From Candidatus Cloacimonadales bacterium (GTDB taxonomy: Bacteria; Cloacimonadota; Cloacimonadia; Cloacimonadales; JAIOQZ01): 64,000 nt of DNA. The notes beneath the pieces were generated by a model. That model saw only the letters and a program-made list of their open reading frames with translations, did not search any database and was not told where the DNA came from. Within the stretch, counting starts at the first letter, position 1; every line of letters starts with the position of its first letter. Below, piece after piece: positions 39,185 to 47,686 of this stretch. Location of the stretch: NCBI GenBank assembly GCA_963665815.1, contig OY762463.1, positions 1,088,001-1,152,000 on the forward strand, read 5' to 3'. A program made the position numbers and the translations under genes.

Positions 39185-42118
39185 ATGAACAAGTTACTAA
39201 TGCTATTGATCTTAGTAATGCTTTCTCAGCTACTTATTGCAGATATAAACCTTGAGTTTCAGATCAGCGATAACAACTCACAAGTAAGATTCTCAGGTGA
39301 GAATGCGATAATAAATTCACAGTCAAACATTTATGCAGTATATTGCAGAAAAGAAGGCAATTCAGGTATTCTTGAACTTGCAATAGCTAATGGGTACGCA
39401 GCTCCTTTTACGAGGTATACATTAGATACTTTATATACTGAAACACCTGCAAACATTGAAAACGTTCTCCCGGTTATAAAAGAGAGAAACTCAGTTGAGT
39501 TGATGATTCTCTATAACAAATTGAACCGGAATAACTGCCTTGTCCTTCATAAAGCAATTTTCAATACAACGCAGAATACATTCACTGTATCTGAACTGAC
39601 CGATGAAATAACTTCTGCGCCGGTTGTAAGTAAAGACTCGAATGATATGTATGTGTATTACTCAACATCTTTCAGAGAGAAACCATATGAGTACTGCTAC
39701 TTCATTGATACTATGAGATCAGTGATGCCCGAACAGAATCCGGTAAGGCTTTATTCTTTCACAAAGCTATTCGGTAAAGTGCATTCTAATGACAACGTTG
39801 AGTTGAACCCGGCATCAATGCCCTTTTTCACAGATACTGTAAGTGCCTGCAATAGAATTCTTTGTGGTCATCAACCTGCTCCGCTTGATAACCAAAATTT
39901 TTTTGAAAAGGGAGGAAGAGAGTTTGTTAAAAGGAAAAACTTACCTCAGACAGCTACAGATTTAAGATCCATTGCGTCAACACCATTCGATTCAACTGCA
40001 GAAATTGTTTATGTTAAAATTAATGGATCTACATATCAATCCATGTACGCAAACATTACAGAAACTCAGTTGCAGATACCTGTTTACTCCTGGTTCCCGG
40101 CAGATGATGATCAGGCAAGAAACATTATTGCAAACGGTGGAAACTGGTATGAGGATGCTCATGTAATCTGGACCAATACTGTAACAAAATACGATACTGT
40201 CTGGACTCAGGGACCTTCCGGAACATGTGAAAACAACCAGTTCTGGCTGAACACAACTCTATGGATAGAAGGAACAGTATCCGGGATGCAGGTCTGGGGT
40301 TCTTCCAAAGATGTCTATATTACAGGAGATATTCTTTACACTGATACTCCTCAAGGGCAGAATCCGGACGGATACAATACATCTACAGAAGATTATACAG
40401 ATCCTGTAAATACAAATGATTATTTTGGATTAGTTACAGAAGGTAATATTTATCTGAAATACAAACACCGGGATCCGTTCCTAAATGGTTTACTCAGAGA
40501 TGATAACTGTTACGACCTGCATATGTATGGAAGTTATGCTGCAATTGGTTTTGGCGAAACTCAGAACGCTCCATATCGATGGCATAACACAAGCTCGATA
40601 TCTTTTGAGTATTTCTGTTCTCATCATGGTCTCAAAGATTTCCAGAGTATAAGCCCCTACACTTTGAATGACACACTGTTTTCTGATGTAATTTATAATA
40701 GATACATTGTTGCCGATCCGGCTACAGTTCCGGACAGTCTCAGAATATACTGTCTGAACAACCCAACCTCTTACATTACATTCCCCGATAACCCGAATAC
40801 ACTTTCTCCCAGAATATTGAATCCAGCCTATCATAACAGCTACCCAAATGATAATGTTATTAATACTCCCCCAATGCTTACCTTTGATTTTCCTGGATTC
40901 AACCCAGTAGGTCCTGAGAATATTTACGAAATATGCCATGAAAGAGGAGACTTGTATATTTACGGATCAGTCATTACAAGAAGAGTCGGCTTCTTTCGTT
41001 CAGACGGAGATAGCGATTACAGACATTATAGAGCCGTATGGGACCTTAAAAACCACAAATACGGAACCGATACGAATATGGCCGGCTATGAATATAGATG
41101 GATGTTCCATGATAAAAGACTGGATGACTTTTACTTACCGGGATTTCCTCTGGTAAACAACATTAGTTTTGAAAGGATATCATTATCGGATGATTCACTC
41201 GATATCAAGTCAGATGTAACAGAAACTACTCAAAGCTATATAAGTAAAAACTGCTTCTTTGTAGAAGATGATACTCTTAAAGTTTTTATATCTCAGAGGG
41301 ATATTGATGATTCTCCAATTTCGATGTTCGATGTATATTCTTCCTCAAACAATAATGAAATGCAATACAACATTCTTACTTCAAATACATCTGACATGCT
41401 ATTAACTGACGTAAAGCTTTACAATGGAATAATATATTTAATGTTCTTCGATAGTTTTTCTTCAGAAAGCGCTATTTATCAACATGATGTTACTGGAAAT
41501 ACGCTAACTGAACATACTCAATTCACATCAGGTTTTGAATCAGTCAATATGGATTTTCTGTTTGATGATCAAGTTGCTATTGCTGTTCCGGAAATCGGTA
41601 ACAACAATAGGATAGTATTTTACTCAGAAGCATTCCCGAATAGTCACTTCTTTGATTGGGATCCCTCATTCATTGATGACAATTCAACGAATCCTGTATC
41701 AGAGATCTACTTTGACACATTTGGAAATGACAATATTTTTGCCTGTATACTGACTGATGAAGGTAATGGTTGGGGAAAAATATGGGTAGGTAATGGTAGT
41801 TACAGTATTACGGGCACAGATGAAGAAGTTATTCCGTCGAATGATTTCAATATCTCAAACTATCCGAATCCATTCAATCCTGAAACAAATATTTCTTACT
41901 CAATTCCGGAAGATGCAAATGTTGAAATTTCCATTTATAACATCAAAGGACAGAAAGTTAAAACTCTGCTTAATGAACAAGTACTTAAGGGAAACCACAA
42001 TGTTATATGGAATGGAGTAGATGACAACAATAGATCTGTCGGATCAGGAGTATATTTTTACAAGTTGAAGGCTGATAATAAAACAATAAGTGTTAATAAA
42101 TGTGTACTGATAAAGTAA
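39185..42118 (+). CDS. Secreted protein, tandem paralog 3 (start corrected to ATG 39185)
   Basis: AAGGAGA RBS, signal peptide MNKLLMLL, collinear with paralogs, NYPNPFNPET CTD. Confidence 0.8.
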   Translation: MNKLLMLLILVMLSQLLIADINLEFQISDNNSQVRFSGENAIINSQSNIYAVYCRKEGNSGILELAIANGYAAPFTRYTLDTLYTETPANIENVLPVIKERNSVELMILYNKLNRNNCLVLHKAIFNTTQNTFTVSELTDEITSAPVVSKDSNDMYVYYSTSFREKPYEYCYFIDTMRSVMPEQNPVRLYSFTKLFGKVHSNDNVELNPASMPFFTDTVSACNRILCGHQPAPLDNQNFFEKGGREFVKRKNLPQTATDLRSIASTPFDSTAEIVYVKINGSTYQSMYANITETQLQIPVYSWFPADDDQARNIIANGGNWYEDAHVIWTNTVTKYDTVWTQGPSGTCENNQFWLNTTLWIEGTVSGMQVWGSSKDVYITGDILYTDTPQGQNPDGYNTSTEDYTDPVNTNDYFGLVTEGNIYLKYKHRDPFLNGLLRDDNCYDLHMYGSYAAIGFGETQNAPYRWHNTSSISFEYFCSHHGLKDFQSISPYTLNDTLFSDVIYNRYIVADPATVPDSLRIYCLNNPTSYITFPDNPNTLSPRILNPAYHNSYPNDNVINTPPMLTFDFPGFNPVGPENIYEICHERGDLYIYGSVITRRVGFFRSDGDSDYRHYRAVWDLKNHKYGTDTNMAGYEYRWMFHDKRLDDFYLPGFPLVNNISFERISLSDDSLDIKSDVTETTQSYISKNCFFVEDDTLKVFISQRDIDDSPISMFDVYSSSNNNEMQYNILTSNTSDMLLTDVKLYNGIIYLMFFDSFSSESAIYQHDVTGNTLTEHTQFTSGFESVNMDFLFDDQVAIAVPEIGNNNRIVFYSEAFPNSHFFDWDPSFIDDNSTNPVSEIYFDTFGNDNIFACILTDEGNGWGKIWVGNGSYSITGTDEEVIPSNDFNISNYPNPFNPETNISYSIPEDANVEISIYNIKGQKVKTLLNEQVLKGNHNVIWNGVDDNNRSVGSGVYFYKLKADNKTISVNKCVLIK

Positions 42119-42137
42119 AGATATTAATAAATAAGGT

Positions 42138-42161
42138 AAGCCCTGCTTGTTGCAGGGCTTT
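42138..42161 (+). terminator. Intrinsic terminator, identical to the one after paralog 4
   Basis: AAGCCCTGC-TTGTT-GCAGGGCTT. Confidence 0.75.
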
Positions 42162-42297
42162 ATTTAAAAAAATCTTTACAAGTTTATACTTGTAGTTAAG
42201 TTATAGTTAAAATTATAGATTTAGTCATTGTTTGAAATTTGTTGGGAAGTTTCAATCATTATTGTTACAGGTATTTTTATTTACAAAAGGAGACATT

Positions 42298-45237
42298 ATG
42301 GGCAGATTATTATTTTCTATTCTTTTATTATCAGCAGCAATGACACTTTTTGGTGATATTACCCTCGAGAGTCAAATCAATCAAACTGGTTCACAAATTC
42401 AATTCTCAGGAGAAAGCGCAATAATCAATTCTCAATCAGATATTTATGCAGTTTACTGCAGGAATATCGGTAATATTGGTATTCTGGAACTTGCTCTGTC
42501 ACCGGGATACGGAGTTCCTTTCTTTACTTATACTATAGACACACTATACACAGAAACTCCTGACGTCATCGAAAAAGTTCTACCTGTTATAAAACTACTG
42601 AATGATGGAAACTTATTCATTATATATAATAAACTCATATCAGGTAACAGATTAGTCCTTCATAAGGCTTTCTATAATACAGTTCAGAACACTTTCACTA
42701 TATCAGTACTGACGAATGAAATATCTTCAGCTCCGGTAATAAGTAAAGATCCGAATGATCTTAACGTTTACTATGCAACTTCATTCAGAGAAAAAGCATC
42801 TGATTATGTATATCTGGCAGACAGAATGCGTTCAGTAATGCCGGAACAGTTTAATGTCAAGTTGTATGGAACTTCACAATTCAGAGGAGATGTTCATTCA
42901 AATGAAAACATTGTTATAGCAGCTGGTTCAAGACCAACTTTTGATGGATTTACATCTGCACATAATCGTATCAGATACGATAATGGTCAACCTGCAGACT
43001 TAAATAACACAAATATTTTTGCTGATGGCGGAAAAGAATATGTGAAGAAGAAGCACTTACCGGATACCGCCGACAAACTTATAAACATAGCCTCTACTCC
43101 ATTCGATTCAACAGCTGATATTGTATACGTCAAAATTGATGGTTCAACATATCAGTCAATGTATGCAAATATTTCCGAAACTCAAGTTCAAATTCCGGTA
43201 TATTCATGGTTTCCTGCTGATGACGCACAGGCAAGAGACATTATCTCATCCGGTAGAAACTGGTATGAAGATGCTCATGTAATCTGGACAAATACAGTTA
43301 CAAAATATGATACAACCTGGACTCCTGGACCTTCCGGTATTGCAGAGAACTCCAAGTTCTGGTTAAATACAACACTCTGGATAGAAGGCACTATTACAGG
43401 AGTGCAATCCTGGGGATCATCTAAAGATATTTATATAACAAATGATATTCTTTATTCCAGCACTTTTCCCGGTTATCATCCGGATGGTTACAATCCCAAC
43501 TATGATGATTATTCAGAACAGATAAATACTGAAGACTATTTCTTCTTAATATCCGAAAGCAGTATATACATCAAATACAAACACAGAGATCCATTCCAGA
43601 ATAATATTTTGAGAGCAGATAATTGTCAGAATACTATACTATATGGCGTATTTGCAGCTATTGGTATTGGAGACACTGAATCCGATCCTTACGAGTGGTA
43701 TAATGCCAGTAAGTTTACATATGAGTACATGCTTCCTCATTATGGGCTTAAAGACTTTTACAGTATCAGCCCTGCAACACAAAATGACACACTTTATACA
43801 GATGTGATTTATCACAGATACATTATTGCCGATCCTGAAACAGTTCCGGACAGTTTAAAAATGTACTGTCTTAACAACCCTACAAACTTTGTCACAGCAA
43901 CAGGTACGGGAATCGGTTCCATTTCGGCAAAGGATGTTAATCCCGGATATCATAACAGTTATCCTAATGCAGACGTCAATTATACTCCTCCTATGATAGC
44001 ATATGACTTCCCGGGATATAATCCGGTAGGACCGGAAAACATTCAGGATCTGAATTTTCAGAGAGGTTCACTCGCTATGTTTGGCTCACTCATTGTCAGA
44101 CGCATAGGATATTTCTATATTAGCGGTGGAGATATCAACAGACATCAGGGTGCAGAATGGGATTTTGAGAACCATCTCTATGGAACAACAACAAGTCCTG
44201 CAGGTTATGACTGTAGGTACTTATTTTATGATTCCAGACTAAAAAGCCTGGATTTACCGGAAATACCGGAATTGAATAATATCAGTTTTGCGAGATTATC
44301 CTTAATGAATGATTCCTTGAATTTTGAATCTGATTTTGCTCAAACAGCCTCCGATAATAATACGGGACTGTGCTTTTACGACTATGATGATTCCCTGTCA
44401 ATATTTGTCTCACAAAGAACAGAAAATGGAGAATCCTTATCAGCTTTTGATTTTTTTTATTCATTATCAGATGGAGATACTCTACAGTATGTTAAACTGG
44501 AACCGAATACAATTGAGATGGATTTGCTTGATGTTGACATAAATGAAGGAATCACTTATTTCCTGTTTCACGACAACATTAATTCTGAAAACATTGTCTA
44601 TAATTTTTATCCGGATAGTAATCAGCTTACAGAAATATACAGAATCAATTCAGCAACTGAAGTGTGTGATCTTGATTTTCTTGTTGATAATAGAATTACT
44701 ATTGCTCAATTCGAAAATCACAGCAATCCTGACATAGCAATCTATACAGAGGAATCTGATGTAACTCCTCTTTTATATTGGGACTCTGCATTCAGCGCTG
44801 ATGCTCAAGCTCCGGTTTCAAGTATTTATTATGACGCATTCGGTGGAAACTTCATTTTCATGTGTTTCCAGACAAACGAAAATAATGGCTGGGGAAATTT
44901 ATATTGCGGAATTGGAGACTTTGATGTGATTGGCACAAAGGACGATGTACTTCCGGTTGAACAATTCCGTATAAGTAATTACCCGAACCCTTTTAATCCT
45001 GAAACGAATATTGCATATTCAATCCCTGAGGATGCTGATGTGGAAATAAACATCTATAACATCAAAGGACAGAAAGTTAAAACTCTGCTTAATGAAAGAG
45101 TACTTAAAGGTAGTCACAATGTAATCTGGAGTGGAGTAGATGATAACAATACTCCTGTAGGTTCAGGTGTATATTTCTATAAACTAAAAGCTGACAACAG
45201 AACTATCAGCGTAAATAAATGTGTTTTGATAAAGTAA
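42298..45237 (+). CDS. Secreted protein, tandem paralog 4 (start corrected to ATG 42298)
   Basis: AAGGAGA RBS, signal peptide MGRLLFS, collinear with paralogs, NYPNPFNPET CTD. Confidence 0.8.
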   Translation: MGRLLFSILLLSAAMTLFGDITLESQINQTGSQIQFSGESAIINSQSDIYAVYCRNIGNIGILELALSPGYGVPFFTYTIDTLYTETPDVIEKVLPVIKLLNDGNLFIIYNKLISGNRLVLHKAFYNTVQNTFTISVLTNEISSAPVISKDPNDLNVYYATSFREKASDYVYLADRMRSVMPEQFNVKLYGTSQFRGDVHSNENIVIAAGSRPTFDGFTSAHNRIRYDNGQPADLNNTNIFADGGKEYVKKKHLPDTADKLINIASTPFDSTADIVYVKIDGSTYQSMYANISETQVQIPVYSWFPADDAQARDIISSGRNWYEDAHVIWTNTVTKYDTTWTPGPSGIAENSKFWLNTTLWIEGTITGVQSWGSSKDIYITNDILYSSTFPGYHPDGYNPNYDDYSEQINTEDYFFLISESSIYIKYKHRDPFQNNILRADNCQNTILYGVFAAIGIGDTESDPYEWYNASKFTYEYMLPHYGLKDFYSISPATQNDTLYTDVIYHRYIIADPETVPDSLKMYCLNNPTNFVTATGTGIGSISAKDVNPGYHNSYPNADVNYTPPMIAYDFPGYNPVGPENIQDLNFQRGSLAMFGSLIVRRIGYFYISGGDINRHQGAEWDFENHLYGTTTSPAGYDCRYLFYDSRLKSLDLPEIPELNNISFARLSLMNDSLNFESDFAQTASDNNTGLCFYDYDDSLSIFVSQRTENGESLSAFDFFYSLSDGDTLQYVKLEPNTIEMDLLDVDINEGITYFLFHDNINSENIVYNFYPDSNQLTEIYRINSATEVCDLDFLVDNRITIAQFENHSNPDIAIYTEESDVTPLLYWDSAFSADAQAPVSSIYYDAFGGNFIFMCFQTNENNGWGNLYCGIGDFDVIGTKDDVLPVEQFRISNYPNPFNPETNIAYSIPEDADVEINIYNIKGQKVKTLLNERVLKGSHNVIWSGVDDNNTPVGSGVYFYKLKADNRTISVNKCVLIK

Positions 45238-45256
45238 AGATATTAATAAATAAGGT

Positions 45257-45282
45257 AAGCCCTGCTTGTTGCAGGGCTTTTA
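45257..45282. terminator. Intrinsic terminator between convergent genes
   Basis: AAGCCCTGC-TTGTT-GCAGGGCTTTT. Confidence 0.75.
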
Positions 45283-45288
45283 ATATAA

Positions 45289-47334
45289 TCAGTCCAATGT
45301 TTTCCTAATTGCTTTTGCCAGTTCTTTTCGTCTAACCGGCTTCATGAGATATTCCTTAACGCCGAGAGCTTTTGCTTTTTCTCCAATATCATCACTGCTT
45401 ATTCCGGAGCACATTATAACATTTAATTCAGGCTTTTTTGATATAAGTTCTTTCGAAAGTTCCAGTCCTGTCATATCAGGCATAGAAAAATCTGTAAGCA
45501 GAAGGTCGAAGTTTCCAACAGAATCATCAAATACATGAATTGCTTCATCTCCTGAATGTGCATACACAACCTTATAACCGAGACTTTCAAGCTGTTTTTT
45601 TACAATCCTTCCGATTACTTCCTCATCATCTACAAAAAGTATTTTTTCATTACCACCAAGCACTGGCTCAATTCTTCCAAAATCATTAAATCCCTTGATC
45701 CTATCGTGAACAGGAAAATAGATTGTAAATACTGTACCTTTACCTATCTCACTATCAACATCTATCAGGCCTCCATGTGACGTAACAATCCCATGCACAA
45801 CAGAAAGTCCTAAGCCTGTTCCTTCACCCTTAGGTTTTGTAGTAAAATAGGGATCGAATATTTTGGTTAATGTGTTTTCCTCAATTCCTATTCCGGTATC
45901 TTTAACTTCAATTCTGACATATTCTCCCTTTTTAATTTTCACATATCTCACAACGGTATCCCTGTCAAAATAGTGATCGTCAACATTAATACGAATAGTC
46001 CCGCCTGTATCCTTCATAGCATGATAAGCATTCGTACATAGATTTATCATTATTTGGTGAATCTGGGTCTGATTTGCGTAAATTCGTTTACAATTTTCAC
46101 ACATTTCTACGTCAATTTTTATTGTTGATGGCACAGATGCTCTGATCAGCTTAAGAGCTTCGCTTATCACTTTCTGTGGATTAATAACCTTTCTACTGTC
46201 TTCTGCCGGCCTGCTGAATGTGAGTATCTGATTAACAAGCTCTTTTGCTCTTGCAGTTGCTGCCAGTACTTCCTTAAGGTTTTGTTTGAGAACGGGTCTA
46301 TCATCCAGATCCATCAAAGTTATTTCGGAAAAGCCAATTATTGGAGTAAGAATATTATTAAAGTCATGAGCTATACCACCGGCAAGGGTTCCCAATGCCT
46401 TTACTTTTTCGGAATGCTGTATACCATTCAAGGCCTTTGCCAGTTGAATATGAGACCTAACTCTTTCAGTTATGTCATGGGCAATACCTTCAACCACTTC
46501 CAGTCTGTTATCTTCGTTGAATATTGGTTGTTCAGTGATTTCAAGCCGTCGGATAGTACCGTTTTTATGGAAAATCTCAACTTCAAAAGGTTCCTGCTTC
46601 TCTCCAAACATACTGTTTTCCAAAATACTCATAATATTTTTATTAATAGAATTATTCGTCAGTATATTTATAAAGCTGTTTCTGAATTCTGATTCGCTGT
46701 ACCCCAGAACGTTTTCCACAGATGGACTGAGATAATCAAACATCATGTCAGGAGTATGAGAGAAGAAGAAATAATCGTCTCTTAAAGCCTCAATCAAACA
46801 CCTGTATTTACTTTCACTGAGTTTCAATCTATTTTTTTCCAACTCAAGTTCATTTACTTTCTTTTCCAGTTTTTTAAAAAGCACTCCTGAGTATTCTTTT
46901 TCTATTTCCATTTCCATAAATTCAGGATTTTCCACACTCAAATCATTAAGTTTCTGTTGATTCAGCAGATCTTCAATTTCTTTAAGGAATAAATCAACTT
47001 CAGCAGGTTTAATAATAAATTTTGACACCCCAATGTTTTCTGCCAGCGTTTTATCCTCCGGACTTGTAAATGTTGCAGTATAAAAAACAAAAGGAATATC
47101 TCTGAGATTTGAATCTGCCTTCATTGCTTTACACAATGCATAACCATCCATTTCAGGCATCATAATATCTGATATAATCAGATCAGGTTTATCTTTCTTA
47201 GCAAGCTCTAATGCAATTCTTCCATTTTCTGCACTAACAACTGAGTAACCACTTGCATCAAGTAGAGATTCAAGGAGTACCCTGGAGTTTTCGTTATCTT
47301 CAGCAATTAAAACCCTTGTCTTATTCACAAACAA
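45289..47334 (-). CDS. Cytoplasmic hybrid histidine kinase (REC-PAS-HisKA-HATPase-REC)
   Basis: N-terminal REC (DIMMPEMDG), GGIAHDFNNIL, DTGIGI, FTTKPKGEGTGLG, C-terminal REC (DFSMPDMTG...KP). Confidence 0.95.
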   Translation of the reverse strand: MFVNKTRVLIAEDNENSRVLLESLLDASGYSVVSAENGRIALELAKKDKPDLIISDIMMPEMDGYALCKAMKADSNLRDIPFVFYTATFTSPEDKTLAENIGVSKFIIKPAEVDLFLKEIEDLLNQQKLNDLSVENPEFMEMEIEKEYSGVLFKKLEKKVNELELEKNRLKLSESKYRCLIEALRDDYFFFSHTPDMMFDYLSPSVENVLGYSESEFRNSFINILTNNSINKNIMSILENSMFGEKQEPFEVEIFHKNGTIRRLEITEQPIFNEDNRLEVVEGIAHDITERVRSHIQLAKALNGIQHSEKVKALGTLAGGIAHDFNNILTPIIGFSEITLMDLDDRPVLKQNLKEVLAATARAKELVNQILTFSRPAEDSRKVINPQKVISEALKLIRASVPSTIKIDVEMCENCKRIYANQTQIHQIMINLCTNAYHAMKDTGGTIRINVDDHYFDRDTVVRYVKIKKGEYVRIEVKDTGIGIEENTLTKIFDPYFTTKPKGEGTGLGLSVVHGIVTSHGGLIDVDSEIGKGTVFTIYFPVHDRIKGFNDFGRIEPVLGGNEKILFVDDEEVIGRIVKKQLESLGYKVVYAHSGDEAIHVFDDSVGNFDLLLTDFSMPDMTGLELSKELISKKPELNVIMCSGISSDDIGEKAKALGVKEYLMKPVRRKELAKAIRKTLD

Positions 47335-47686
47335 CCTCCCTGATCTGAGACATGACTAATTCAGGATCAATAGGTTTTTCTATGTAACCGTTACAGCCTG
47401 CTTTAAGCAGCTTTTCCCTGTCTCCAGCCATAGCATAAGAAGTCATTGCAATAACAGGAATATCTCTGGATTCCTCATATTTACGCAATTCAACAATTAC
47501 TTCAGTTCCAAGAATGTCCGGAAGCTGAATATCAAGAATTATAAAGTCAGGTTTCATTGTTCTGGCTTTCTGAATTCCCGAAATGCCATCGAAAGCATGT
47601 ATTGTCTCATACCCATTAGCATCAAGAATAAATGAAATCAACTCCATATTGTTTTCATTATCTTCAATAATTAAAACTTTACTCAT
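47321..47686 (-). CDS. Single-domain response regulator (DivK-like)
   Basis: IEDNENN, DIQLP, AMTSYAMAGDREK...GYIEKPI. Confidence 0.93.
   Translation of the reverse strand: MSKVLIIEDNENNMELISFILDANGYETIHAFDGISGIQKARTMKPDFIILDIQLPDILGTEVIVELRKYEESRDIPVIAMTSYAMAGDREKLLKAGCNGYIEKPIDPELVMSQIREVVCE

Noticed and set aside
32753-45237. Diversity-generating retroelement or invertase-driven shuffling as the cause of paralog variation
   Set aside because: No reverse transcriptase, template repeat, adenine-specific mismatch pattern or recombinase is visible in the window.
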